NCBI GenBank assembly: GCA_030141605.1
Contig: JAQGDQ010000120.1
Location: forward strand, 1-64,000
Origin: Tubiluchus corallicola
Lineage: Eukaryota; Animalia; Priapulida
Length of the DNA: 64,000 bases
Direction: 5' to 3'
Positions 11,844 through 26,700 of the stretch are shown in pieces. The position numbers and the translations under genes are program-made. Positions within the stretch are counted from its first letter, which is position 1; every line of letters begins with the position of its first letter. Under the pieces are notes generated by a model, which did not search any database, was not told the DNA's origin, and saw only the letters and a list, made by a program, of their open reading frames with translations.

Positions 11844-13586
11844 TGCGCATGTTCAATAACTCATGTGTGAGCTTAGCGGTAAACTTGAAGTTTAAAACTT
11901 GCTGAATTTTGTGTATCACATTAATTATTGTGCAGTAGCACTGTACTTCAATTTTTGCTTTTGCAAACATGTGTAACACGCTCATGGAATGTTCGTGCTG
12001 TTGAAAATTATGTTCAGTTTTGACGTCATCACAAGCTTGGCTTCCCAGCTGTTAATTAAATTTTTAGCCTATTATTTAATTGCGGGAAATACTTTGGCAT
12101 TGGTGTAGGTGTTAAAATGTATACTTTTTACCATACTTCAAAATGGGATAGGATATGAAAAAGCATCCTGTTTTCCTTTAAGGTAGCATGATTTTACGAC
12201 TTTTTTGTATATGATCCACTGGATATAATCACTGAGATTTACCTGACTTTAACTCATTAGAGAGCAAGAGACCTATACTATTAACAAGTAATAGGATCTT
12301 TCACTACCATCAGAGTATCCCTTCCTTTCGACAGCAAATCTTTTGAAAAAGCTTTCTAGAGACAATAGTCAAATGTGAAGCAGGTAGGAAGTACATTCCT
12401 TTGTTTTTGCTTCAAATACATGAACTCTACAGTTGTAAATGAACAATAGTATAAAGGCTATTTTGCCTTCATTAACTATCATGTCATGTTTATACATAAC
12501 TCTAACTCAAGTCATGTTTAGACATAACAGGCTAACTCTCTAAAATCACGGTCACTATTAATGGCTCATAGCACCTCATAGACCTACTGCGGTTACTTTG
12601 TATATTAGTTAATATTGTCTATTCCACTCATATTTTAATTTTATTCATTTTATACTTATTTTATTTGTTTAACTTATAAGCTGCAATCACATCCCATTAC
12701 AGTGTGATGCATGACAGCCTTTTGAAAGTACAATATTGCATATGTTTCTTTTACAGGGATTATGTAGAAAATCAGTTGATTGACTTTGCACGAAATAATC
12801 CTGGTGTGGTAATTTATATACAGCCGAGAAAGTTGCGAGCTCCTTACTTAGTTGCAGAATATTGTAAGTTTAATCAATCTTTTTTTGCCTTTTAGTTAAT
12901 TATATTATAAAAATTTCAAGTGGTACTATGTTATAAATCTCAATCTTCTTCATTGATGCCACATTATTTGTAGTAGCACTGGTATCGCCATCAAAATAAT
13001 GATTGAACTAGCATCTCGGTAAGTTTATGTGAAGTAATACATAATTCGATACTATCTGGACTCACAATGCTTCTGTGTATCCTTTTCCATACAACAAAAA
13101 GTGATAAATTAGTGTTTCAAAAAATTATCATGATTAACGTGTCAGTACCGGCTAGTGTTTTTCAAATCAACTGAAACATTTTCCAGTTAATATAGTAAGT
13201 AATCCTTATGATGACATACTATAATAATTGTGTTTGAGAAAATGTAGATTTATTTTTTTCTAGTAAATGGAGCAGTCGTGAAGTTACCAACAGCCCACTA
13301 CAAAGAAGATGAGGTCAAACGCTGGCTAAACCATCTCAGAACGCGAATAGGTGGGCCAATAATGCGATTAGAAAAGCAGTGGCATACAGATGTCCCGAGT
13401 ATTCAAGGACAGTGGACTCCTTTTACAAATATACCAAGTTCAATGAATGTTGCAAAATTACCCGATGATAAACTTACAGAGTGTGATACGTATTACAAGA
13501 CTGCAACCGAAATCATTCTTGAAATGGCCAGAAATCAAAAAGCCAAACAGGAATCTGGCCAGGACACAGACTCTGAAGCCAGTTGA
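10320..13586 (+). CDS. MRPL43: 39S mitochondrial ribosomal protein L43 (mL43), ~186 aa
   Basis: Exons 10320-10450, 12757-12863 and 13264-13586, with GT-AG introns in consistent phase. Motifs [34 protein letters not shown] and [16 protein letters not shown] match MRPL43 as I recall it. Confidence 0.96.
11663..12177. mobile_element. Non-autonomous DNA transposon with TTAA flanks (Kolobok-like MITE) in MRPL43 intron
   Basis: TTAA|AGGAAAACTGGA … TCCTGTTTTCCT|TTAA: 11/12 TIR match with TTAA on both sides. A partial mirror copy occupies 1-181. Confidence 0.55.
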
Positions 13587-14434
13587 AAATGATTGTAGAT
13601 GCTCTACAGTTCATGTACCTAAAAGTTTCACGAGGCAGAAGCCTGGGTTCTAATTTGATATCTTATTAAAGCAAAATCAGATAGACAAATAGTGAAACCA
13701 TTTACAGAGAAGCAAACAAAATAGAATTATTGACATGTTACATGTTGTTGTTTATGTAAATAATTTAACTTTCAGCATTCAAATGCTCTGTGATTTTCCT
13801 GCTGGTTTCAATCTGCACTGTTATAGAAATTTTAAATAACTGGCGTGTCAGCAAAAAAGTTGTTCAAGGCTCACGATTTGCAGCCATTTTTTAATAATTT
13901 GCTTAAATAACTAATCATGCAGAGGAAATGAAGTTATGCGAGAAAGACTAGTTTGTTGCTATAAGACATTTTCCACAAGCTAGGCATTAACCTGCAAAAC
14001 TTGGTACAGTATTGCAAAATGTGCTGTTGCAAATTGCATAAAAATTAATGTGTCCAGACAAAAATGAGCTTGACTGGTGTTTTCAGTATTTGAAGATGAA
14101 AAACTTCAGTACTGTTAACTTTTATCATTCCTTTTGCCTTTCAACCTGCACCTGCAGATAATATCACTTGCATTACTAAGAAAAAAATAGACTATAATAA
14201 ATACATAAGTATATAAAAACAATACAAATCAAAGGAAATTCTTAAAAAATTATATTTAACTTTAACAGAATTTTGTTCCCTATTCCAATAGTACCTATAG
14301 TACCTATGCAAACAAACAACACTGTGTTTTATAATTCACATGCACAGACAATAATATAATGACAAAGAGTCAAAGCACAAACTTTATCAACCAAATGTCT
14401 CTGCATTGAGTAATATTTTATGCATTGTTCTTCA

Positions 14435-17400
14435 TCATCGCTTGGGAATCGCAATGTGCAAAGTATCAACTTGTGGTACGGAAGAGATTATTTTATCCGC
14501 AAGTGCTGACATCTCTTGACAGGTAAACCTTTGGATATGATGCTGCTTCTGAAAAAAAGGGAAGCTTACAGGACACTATAACCTTTTACTAGGGGGTACA
14601 ACGATGAGTAACAATAAAAAAATTATTACACCAAAATATTGTTTAAACAGTAGTGAATCACGCACCCAAAATTCGGTGTTGGAAGCCATACGTATTGCAT
14701 CGCTTACAATTTTTGGGTATGATTAAAGCAGTAACTTTAAGAACTTAACATCGTGTAATATATCTTGCGGATGTGACAAACATATCTGTTAATACTGATC
14801 AACATCATGTCTTTTTAAGCACTTTAACAACCACTCTGAATAGTTTCACTGTGTTTCCACTTGTTTGTTCCACTGTGACCTAGTGAATCTCCAGGCCATC
14901 AGTTAAGTAGAAAATAAATCCCAGAGTTCTCAGGTCACTGCTGCAGTCGATTGCAGGGTGTGCGAGGTAAGAGACATGCAAGGCTCTTACACTAAACTTT
15001 GAGGGCATGATAGATTCTCCATTGTTTCAGCAATCCTTTTGCTTGATATCATCACTCATTGTTTCTGTACCCCTAGCAACGGTTTATGTAAACCACCATG
15101 TACAAGTGCAGAATAGTATGAAATGACATTTGCAGTACATAACATTGCTTTTGTCATGTTGCTTTATATCACTGTCATTAGTGTGAACCAGTAAAATACC
15201 AAATAAAGTTTGTTACATTTAAGTAAAGCAAAATGAGCAAAACAAAGCACAATGTACTAAAATTACAGAAGTGTAACAATTGTGGAAGATATAAGACAAG
15301 GTGCTGAAGTAATAGTTCTAACCAAATTCTGTAATCAAAAGTGATCAAAAGTTTTTATAGCTTACCAGCCAGTACATCATTTCCAAGTGTTAGTTCACAT
15401 TAGAGCGGTTACTAATTAATTATTTTATATTTAATTTAGAGCTTAAAATAATCTATTGATAATTAATTATTTATAATCAAGGTCTCTGGTTCAAATCCAG
15501 GTTCAATTCTGACATTTTTGCATTGCCTTTCAGGCAAGCTCGGTTTGAAAAATTAAAATCATGTACATGTACTAACTAGAAATTTAACTTTGGGAAACCA
15601 GACAGGTCATAAGCCTCCTGGCAAATGTCTTTCTCTAGACTACTTACCTTGGATTTTGTTGGCGCATGTTTCCTAGGTAATGGAACTGATGGGTTAAAAT
15701 TCATTTCCTCACTACTATATTCTTCACATAACTGCACTGGTGTTCTGAAAAATTTGAATAACTAGATAACCATACAACATTACAACATGTGTTTGATATT
15801 TAGTCAAGGCCTGTGAGAGGGAATGTCCATCACTCTGGAACCCACCACATTAAGCATTCAAGCTATGACAGTTTTTATTATATGATAACAGCATACTGGC
15901 ACCAATTTCTTCTGGTAATGGACCAAACAAATTAGCCATGGTTTGTTATAATAGCTAAGCATCGCAGCACTTCGTTGGTGAATGGTTAGGAGTAATCATT
16001 GGGAAAGCTGCCTTTGGACAGTTTTGTCTGCCACATATGTGTGTCTTTCACATAGGGTGTGTATACCTCTAAATATATGCCAGTTCAGTAGCTTGAGGAT
16101 TATCTTTAGTCCACTATTTAATGGCAGGGACTACTGCTAAATTTCAATGGCAGACCAAAACTTAGATCATTACAAGAGGTGTCTTTGGGTTCTGCCCTTG
16201 CTGAAAGAATTAGTAAGAGGCAATATGGCTAATCAGCAGAAGTCACCCTCCTATTTCTTAATTAGGCCTGGGATGCTTAATTTCATACTAAACAGTAAGA
16301 ATGACTACTTAACCAGGTGAACTGCCCACAACACATAAATCAGTATGGAATTCATCACAAAATTGTGTATATCATAGACATAACTGTATCAGTACAATTT
16401 ACAACAATGCACTGTTTGTCACACATTTCACTTTACACGTGCATTTATTTCCAGCAGAAATGTAGCAGCTCTAAAAATGCGAATGCAAGAAGTTGAAAAT
16501 GCAGATTTTCCACACACATTTTGATGACAAATGCAGTATATTCTCAGAATTTAAGATGGTTTTATGCGACTTTGTGAGCACAATGGATTATAACACTTTA
16601 ATTGCTGAAAATCTGACAAAAGGAATATAAAAACACAATTTTTACATACTTGCGTGAAAGTTCCGGTGGTAATTTGCCTTGGCCTTGATCTGGACAACAT
16701 AAAGAAACATGGCTGGCACATTTTCTCACTGTAGGATGATAATGCCTCTGCAACATAGCAAATTATGTAGTGAATACTAACAAAATCTTGGCAATAAAAT
16801 GGTTATTGCAAATGACAGAAAACTCAAATGCACATGCCCTCGATCTTATGCTGTGTCCTGCTATTATATCAACCATTAATTATTTCAACGTTTTTATTAT
16901 GACTTACAACAAGGCAAGGCAGTTCCCACAGTGCAGTGTTATGTGCATTGCAATGTTCTGGATCATCAAGCTCTGGTAAAAATATACCACTGCCAACGTC
17001 CTCTGTGTCAAGTAGAATATCACTCTTGGGAAACAACTGAAATCCAACAACCATTTTATATTTAATAGAAGAAATGCAGTAATGTAGTGCTGAAATTGTG
17101 TCATACTTGCACTTCGTTTTACACAATTGTGTTCATTGCCAACCCTAACTGTATCTTAGTTACATGCACACTGAGCACTAGATTAAATGAATGTGCCATT
17201 AGCGCGCTTTCCACTAAATCTAACAATAAAAAGTGCATATTTAAATGCTCCTATTAAGACAACTAAGTATCCTAAACATAGCCAGTATGAGGGGTAAAAA
17301 ATGTTTGTGCTACTTACCTGAATTATTGATTTTATCATTGCAAGGCTGCCAACACTTCCACCATGCTGGAGTTGCAGGGCCAGACTGCACAATCGCTTGA

Positions 17401-20400
17401 TAAATGCCAGAACACGTTGAAATGATACCTTAGTTTCAAAAATACTATGATTACATAATTATGAATATAAGGAGAGTTAAAAAACAATGCAACTACAACA
17501 TGAAATGCAAGGCTACTTATTAGACTTCTGAGACAGAAAACATTAGGTGACCATCATCACTAAAATGTTGATTGGGATTAGAGTATCAAGCATCAAATAT
17601 TAAAACAGGCTTAAACTGAAAGTTGTGTATGCATAACAGGCGAAGACAGTAGCTGAGTGGCCACGATGTGTGCATGGTTATGAAAATTGCAGACCACAAA
17701 AAAATTATTGCTAGAAAACTAGCATTATTTTTACAGAGTCTTAATTAATGGACAGCATAAGAGAAGCGCAAGGCTTATTCCAGACCTGAAAAGGACACGA
17801 GTAACTGGGAGATAGACCGTTTTAACATTAAATGAGTATCATATAAGCTGAAGAATGAGTAGCTATGGCAATTTCTTGATTGAAAACAAACCACGACTTA
17901 TTCCATAGACTTTCGTTCTAAAAATGCGCAAGCTTTTGCCAAATTTTAAATTTATCGATTAAAACAATCTTCACCATACTTCTCAACAGTCACATGATTG
18001 TGTTTCAGATTAAGCAGCACCTTTATTGCAGAAAAATCGACTAACGTTTACCTGCGTGGCTTTTCCTAAAGTAGGGAGTGTTTGAAAAAGACACGAAAAA
18101 AGCAGTACATGATTTCTTGATGAAGTGTGTATTATATAAAGCTCACCTGTTTACGGCGTTTGATTATCATAATATCAAGGCAGCTGAGAGCTAATTCGAT
18201 ATCAGACTGAGATGACACTAAAAACGATAAAGTTGGGTTTCAATTATTTATTTGGCAAATTATAATTTGAAACAAGGCCCATTTTAGCTTTCACATTCAT
18301 AACAGCAGTTAAGAGATGTCATTTTAAAGGGGAATCTAAAAAGATTATGATTTGCCCTCTGCCTTGTCAGTAGTCATAAGAGAATAAACAAGCGAACTGT
18401 AAAATATTTTTGTTTTGAAAAAAGGCATTACATCTAAGCAAACTCAAATATTATTCATACAGCTAAGAACTATCTATATAATTTTTCAGCCAGCCAAATG
18501 TTTGTCCTCAAATATCTCTGAAGCAATAAAAGTATAAATACTTTGTAGCTATAGCTTTATCATGCATGCAAAAAGTAATTTTTAATCAGAACTAACACTA
18601 TGATGAGTTTAAACATTAATATTCACTGGCAATATTTCTAATGCACCAAAAAACAAAAGAAAAATAAGAAAGTGAACCAATTTTGCTTTGAAACTTTAAA
18701 TTACAATTTTAATGTTGAGCTAATGAAAAAAGTCATCATATTGCAAGTTTACAAATTTTGTTTTTTTCGATGCTGAAAATGCCAATCAATTTTAGAACCG
18801 GACAAAAAATGATGCAAGAGCACCAAATTTTGCATTAGAGGCAGCCCCATACTCAGCACAATTACTTCTTCCATAGAGCCGTTAAATTCCCTATTCTCAA
18901 TAAGTACCAAGTGCGATGTTCTGTGCAATGATGTTTTGACAAAATTTTGAAAAATGTGCATAAGCAGAGCAAGGAAAAAGAAACGCCATCTGTAATTATG
19001 CAACCCCTCCACTCTAACACTCGTTATCAGAATACCCTACATTACCGGCTCAAGCCCACATGCATTTTGAGGTGTTGCATAAAACTAAGGAGTATAAGTT
19101 AAAAGTTGCTGAAGATCTCTCCATATAATTTACCTGATATAAAAAATATGTATGAATTGTAAAGAAAGACCTAGCACTGGTATTTAACCATACATATAGA
19201 GTTACAAATCTACAAAAAAGTTATGATAGACAATTTACTTCCTGTGGAAAATAGCATCGATCATAAAATATTTGTCACTTGTATTTTATGTAAAATAATT
19301 ATTCGCTTATTTGTTTATTTTTATTGACATGAGACAGTTAAAATCAGCAGTATAAAAAGACTGGTGTTGAATGAGAAGTTGCTACACACAGGAAAATGTC
19401 CATGCACTCACTATAAAGAATGTAAGAAATGTTATTATTAGATATACAGTCAACCTTGGACACCTACGGACTGGAAAAAATCGTCCCCCATATCCGATGC
19501 ACCTGTGAGCATACCTCATCTGGTAGCCTAATGCCCAATGAACCGTTTGTCGCAATGCATGTAATATACCGATTTAATGCAAACACATCCAATCGTCTTG
19601 AACTGAACAGTCATCCCAATTATAAGCCATTTTGCTACTGGTAGTTAAGCTAATAACATTTATGCAAATGTTTATGCAGAGTATTTAGGACATTTTTACT
19701 CTGACGTAATCAGCAATTTTACTCCGAGTTTGCTTGTTATCCATTTGTTTCCAAAAAAGTCCGACATCTTTTTCTGGGTTAACCTAGATGCCCGCTGTCG
19801 AATGAGAAAAGCATCTAGCTTATCCGCCGATAATATAGCCTTGTTACGACAACAACAAAACTCCGCACTTGAAATTCCTGCCGAGATAACTAAAATCACC
19901 TCAAACCTTTCAAAACACAAAGGCACTGTACTACGATCACCGAGGAAAAAATTACCTGGAAAATTTTTGCCTGGAAAGTTTTCGCCATTCTTGTTGATCA
20001 GCCAATAACCACCTTCCTCATAATTTTTATGGGACATTGTGATTGGCTGAGGTGCGTCACGTGTGCGCAGTGCGCGATTCCAGAAACTTGCTGGAACTAC
20101 CATGGTAATACTATTACTAGTCCAAGGGAATACAGCCGAGCCTGCGCGGAGTCTCAGCATAGGCTTTTTAGGATGTAAAAAATATTTGATCATAGAGTCC
20201 CTTATATGTGAGGTAATTTTCCTGGGTTTCTATTACGCGGGACCTGAAGATATCGGCCCTTATAACTGAAAGTCCCTTATATCCGAGTGCCTTATATACG
20301 AAGATTTTTATAAGGAAAAATGTTATCTCTTAAAGTAAAAGTACAAGTACGAAAAATCGAGACCGGTGTTGGTGGTTATAAGCGAATGTCCCTTATAAGC

Positions 20401-23400
20401 GAGTACATTATACCCGAGGTTGACTGCACTAATCAGTCAACAAGAACTTGTAGTGTTATTTGTGCAGTTATTATACAGTACTGTTAGGTTCACAATATTA
20501 ATTGTTTTAGTGTTATGAACTGCCTCGCATTAAGTACACTGAGGATGCATCTTCAAGCAAATCAGTATTTAAATGCCATCTCAGTAGTGCTTAACACAAT
20601 GATGGCTGCCTTCATTCGCTTGCATTCAAATACGAAAAGGACAATGAGGTTATTTCTATAAATTATTATGTTACAAAATTCCAAAGCAACAAACAAAAAC
20701 AAAAATAGATTGGAAACTATAAAATTAAATTACAACAAAATAAAAAAGTGTTACATTAAGATTGTATTTAGTACCTGCACTAATATGAAACAGGATATTG
20801 TAGATGTCAGCGTAAAACCGCATTGGATCAATATTGAGTGCTTGCCCCTGACCAGAGAGAATTTTGAACACAGTTTGAATGCAGTGCAACATTTGTCTGC
20901 GAGTCAAATCCTGTAATAACACAAGAAAGAATGTCACGCACGACATAAATGCAAAAATATGTGAATACCACATGTTCAGTTCTAGTTCGAATAACATCCA
21001 ACTTAATCGACATTAAGATTCCTAAATACTAATTTTTTCTTGGATTTTATAATAACACAATCAATGACAGTAGAAAAGAATCCACTACTACTGATTTATT
21101 GGGGATATTGTTACTCATGTTACTGTTGCTGGGTAGTTTCTTCTGGTTATTACTCATGTTGGAGAAAAATGGAGTGCATACAGAAGATACTGGTGCCAGT
21201 TTAGAATCTTATCTCATACGATTATCCTTGAGAGCAGCAAGTTCCAGTCCAGCCCACAACTATTAGAATTAGTATGCCCTGCCTGCCACATTAAGTATTT
21301 GATGTTTGCTTGCAGCATTTTTCAATAGCCTTTCACAATGCTGTCTTTGCAAATCTCACAAAAAACTGCATTTGTTGATAAACTAGCATAAACTAAAATA
21401 GAATGTCAACTTAGTACAACATTAATTTACTTAGTGATTGCAAAAACAAAGTTATACCGTGCTGCACAATGACTTGCAAAGTGAACTCACCCCAGATTCG
21501 ACCAACTGATGAAGGACTGATATCAAATCATCAAAAAACTCTACATTTATAAGATGGGCAAACCTGAAACAGAATGTGGACTAGTGAGAATGTTTTTTGG
21601 TTACGGCAAAAGTAATACTGATAAACAAAACTAAGTTAAATTGAACTTACTAACTCACATATTACCAAATAAAACTTTTCCACGTAATACTAATACTTAA
21701 TAGATGCGACATTTGAACGGAACAAACATTTGACTAAATTTACAGGTTTTAATATTGTCCATCCCTGGACTAATTATAATTAGCAGAGCAATGGATCAAC
21801 AATGCACTAGCAAGTAAGGCAGTTACAACTCCAATTCACTGCGTGAAACCACTAACATCGAAAAACATTAAGAGTCACCTTGCAAGACCCTCTAAAACTG
21901 ATGACAGCAGAATGGATTTTCTAGATTTCTTCAAGATTCGAAAATATGTCAAGAATACCATTTTTATCGTCTCTGTTTGCTGAAGAAAAGAGCTACTGCA
22001 TAAAAAGGCACAAAACTTAGACTGAAACATCTACAAATATATACATGTGTCTATTATGTTTTTCACCGCTATCATAACTACTGTCATCATTGTGACTGCA
22101 GAAAATTCAAAAACTAAACACCAACACACAAAACTGTTTACATTCAAATTTTCAACCAAAATGGTAATCACATAACGATCAAAATTTTTCAAAAGAGTGT
22201 TATGAGGTCATTAAAAGCTGATGTGATTGATATAATAAACAATACGTCTGTGTTAAGTCCATTAAATTTTGCAAATGGTAAATTAAAATGTATGAACAGA
22301 CGATTTTTCATAAAAGCAAAAATGCCTACAAATTTGGTCTTTTTAGCTTTACTTTCCATTGCCTCTGTTTCTTGGAGTTCTCTTTCTAGTTGTTCCATGT
22401 GTTTGTTGCGCTAAAAACAACAGAAGCATGATACCATGTTATACTGTTAGCTGGCACTAATACTTGGTTTTTAACAAAGCTGCCTAACAGAAAAATGCAA
22501 AACATAAAGCATAAAACAAGCTAAATGCAAGTCGTCAACCACTAGATGATTTTTCACTTCCCCAAAAAATTATCAAAAAAATACAACTGGAAAAAGCAAT
22601 TGTAAAAATGATATTTAAAAAACAGGCAAAAGCAGAAACATGACTGCACCTTCCTCTCTTTTCGTGACATTTTCATGAGACGATTTTTTCTAGACTGCAA
22701 CCGTTTCTTTTCATCAACCGCATTCGTTTCTGCATCCAAATTTATGTCCTTAATTCTGAGTGAAAGAAAAACATCCAACATCTGAATAAGAAAAAGAAAG
22801 CTAATTACATCTGCAAATTTGCTAAGATATAGTTCTTTTGAGGATGGCCTCAAAAAACAAGGAAATTCCAGAATTTCTCAAAATCGATAACGTGTTAGTT
22901 AATGTCAATGTCACAAAACCCAGTAGTAGATTAACAGTAAAACCGAGTAGCAGATTAACCAATACTTAAGTCTAAACCAGATAATAAAGCACTATTAGTA
23001 CAAAATGAAATTGAGACCCAAGCGATGTAACTGTGTTTGGGTTCCCTTATCAAGCGAGCATATCCATCTAAAAATTTACGGAAATACATGTTTTTACAGG
23101 TCCCCTTATCCATATCCATCTAAAAATTTACGGAAATATATGTTTTTGCAGGTCCCCTTATCCATATCCATCTAAAAATTTACGGAAATACATGTTTTTG
23201 CAGGTCCCCTTATCCATATCCACTTAAAAATTTACAGAAATACATGTTTTTACAGGTCTGGGGGTGTGCAAGTCTGAATACTGCTAACATATTCAACTTA
23301 AGAGCAAAACAAATATAGGTTAGCTCAGGTTCTCCTCCCAAATAAATAATGAGCCACAATAAATAAAGGACCCTGGGCAGCACCGCCTCTCAGTGAGTCT

Positions 23401-23515
23401 GGCTATTAATGGAAGAAATTGCGCAAGGTATAATCACCTGATGATTAATACTCAAAAAAAGAACTGAAACTCATTTTAAATGCAATTTTTAGCCCACAGT
23501 CTCTCTCTCTCTTGC

Positions 23516-23587
<72 letters not shown>

Positions 23588-23611
23588 CTCTCTTCTCTCT
23601 CTCTCCTCTCT

Positions 23612-23642
<31 letters not shown>

Positions 23643-23644
23643 TT

Positions 23645-23709
<65 letters not shown>

Positions 23710-23710
23710 T

Positions 23711-23776
<66 letters not shown>

Positions 23777-26700
23777 ACCCCCCTCTCTCTCTCTCGCCCC
23801 CTGTCCCTCTCGCTCTTCCTCTCTGGTATGGAGGCATGCTACTATGAGCTTCTTAACACAACCAGTATATTATAAAAAAAATGTTAAACATACCAATTTA
23901 AAAATGGCAAATGGCCATATTTACTATTGTTTCTGATAACTCTTTCACTCTCACTAAAATACACATTCAGAATTTAGGAGAATTTATTGTAAACTAAACT
24001 TACCTTGCTAGGAACATTGTAGCTATGATTTTTGACTATCTTGCTGATAGTCTTTACAGCATCTAAAGAAATTTCACCCAATTTGTCTTCCTTAAACAAC
24101 TGTTTAATACTGTTGCAGACTAATTCAGACATCTAAAAGTAACAACTACTGCTTTTGACAGGTTTCAAAAAGCACAACATACACGATTAATGTTAATTAT
24201 CCCTGCACTCTAATTAATGTGATTACGAAACGGCACTAAATTTGAACTTTGAATATGCTCAAAAACTGTGTATAAATGCAAGGCATTTATATTACAATTG
24301 TTGCAATATGAATAAATCGTAACATTGAATGTGGGCCTAAGCGTAGGATCGTCCAGAAAAAACATTCCCCCAAACTAACTCATACTCCTGGTAGAAATAC
24401 TTGTAAAAGAAACTGTCATCATCATATAACCCCGTTGCTCGTTTTAACAAATGCCTTTGCCAGGACGAAAGGTTATGAGTTAATTTAAGCAATGTTTTTT
24501 TTCTAGATAACCCAGTACATGAAATAAACAAAGTTAATATTCAGAGTGCCTCTGAGGAAGGCACTACATAATACACGGTATTTAGAATTAGTGTATGCCT
24601 TTATCAGATGACAATAGAGATGATTTAGATATATTACGACAATGTTCAATGTACTATAGTAGAGCAAATAAATTACTCATGAAATTTGCTCACTGTTCAG
24701 TTAACGTGAAGAGATTATTGTTAAATGCTTACTGCACTACTTTTTATTGTATGTCCACTTGGAGACATTTTTATTCTTACAATCTTAGCAAACTCAAGGT
24801 TGCATATAATGTATCAACACGGAAGCTGTTTAACTTTTCATATGATACGAGCGCTAGATATATTTCTACTAGACTTAATATTATTTATTTTGATGTGATT
24901 CACAGAAAATGTGCATACAGTTTATACGTCAGGCCGAATAACAGTAAAAATTTTATATGCAAGTGCATTTTAAACAATGATGCAAACTTTACTTCTGTTA
25001 TTAGATGTCATTGGCGTAGTTTGTTATATCGTTAATTGTTATTTGTGTTATTGTTGTGTGTCATGATTTATTATATTATTTGTATTAATTTGTGAAATGC
25101 ATATGAACTTTGTGAAGTTTGAAATAAAATATTAAATCTAAAATCTAAATCTTTCTAAGTATAGTCGATATGTTGAAGATGGCAGTGCCAAATATTTATA
25201 GTTCAAGCTGTCAACCAATTAGCCATTTACTGTGATTCTTTAACAATTTTGCTCTTATTTATTTCAAGTGCATAAAAATGGTGGCCTACACGTTGAATGG
25301 ATACCATTCAACCACTGGCACAATATTTTTATAGTCATGCAACTTGACACTACTTGCCTTCGCATTTTTGTGAGCCATAAACGGCACAACAACGGCAACA
25401 ATATTCGATGAATAGTTGAAATGAGGTAGTGCATTGAGCAAACCACACAGGCATTGGACAGCCATCTTACACAACTCTTGTGCAGTATTTATTGGAACAT
25501 TTTGGCCTTTCTTTCGTTGAGATTTCTTTGATGCATCTGCAATGAAGGTTACTGATATTTGAATGGAATAGTGAATTAGTGATGCAAGTATTAATAATGT
25601 AAACTGAGAAGAAGCATTTTTACATGAATACTAAAAACCTATAATTTTTGTAACAAATAATTCTTATAGAACATTAACAGCAGAACTAAAAAGTGAAATT
25701 GTGTTCTGTGGGCAAAGCAGTGCTTATATAATATTTACTCTTTTCAGTTCGACAGCAAGCTGACTTTTCAGCACAAAACAGATCTCTGTGGCATAAGTAG
25801 GCATTTCAGTGAACTGCTGCTACAGTAACTCTCTCAAAGTAAAAGTAACTGTACTACAGAATGGTGAACTATCACCAAAAGCCCAATAAACACAAAACAA
25901 GAACAAGATAGTACATATTAAGTAATTACAGACCTTCTGTTAGTTTTTGTAAATCTTCCAAATAAAGCTTATAATTGTTTAACAATGTCTTCTCGAAATC
26001 TCGTAAATGAAGTGTCTCTTTCTTTAACTGTTCAAAACAAAATAATAATGCACAAATTACCAAAATGGCTAGAGATATTAGTTTACAATTTTTACTGAAA
26101 CATTTTCAGAAAATGCAATTCTCATACCTTGTTTTAAAGAATTTTTGCACAAGTTTTTACTTCCAAATTCAAAAAAATAAATCTGCAGTGAAACCTTGCA
26201 GTTCGTTAACCTTTCATACTCATACAGTTATGTATTTTTCTCAGTATATTTACCCCATAAAACGACAAAGTGAAAAAATTGTTCCTCCTAATTTTTGCCT
26301 TAAAAACACAGTTTAACACAATGGCTATACCTATAATAATATACTTTAAGCCTTTAGTTGATACATCAAGATGGTACCTTTTGTTTTTGAGATTGTTCAG
26401 TTTCAGTTTCAGTTGGCAGGCGTATCCGGTAACCGGGAGCAATATCCTTGAAAACTTCAAAAAGAGAAAGCACCGCCCATTTCTTTAGCGTGATGGTCAC
26501 ATCGACATCTTGGTCATGGCAATATAACCTTAATTCTTTCAGCTTGTGTATCTGTACAAAAAATAGCAAACCTGAATAATTCATAGATCAATCTTACAGA
26601 AACTGGATCGAATCTTTATTATTAGTCCTAATTTAATTATAAAACTCAAACAATGTTTTATTAATACATTCCCCGCCAAAGAAGAGATAACTTGTTTTCA

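Noticed and set aside
23059-23258. CRISPR-like regular repeats (also 44352-44591)
   Set aside because: Units are head-to-tail with no unique spacers, there are no cas genes, and the context is animal introns.
23476-23875. RE-repeat and SL-repeat ORFs
   Set aside because: Translations of the CT microsatellite.
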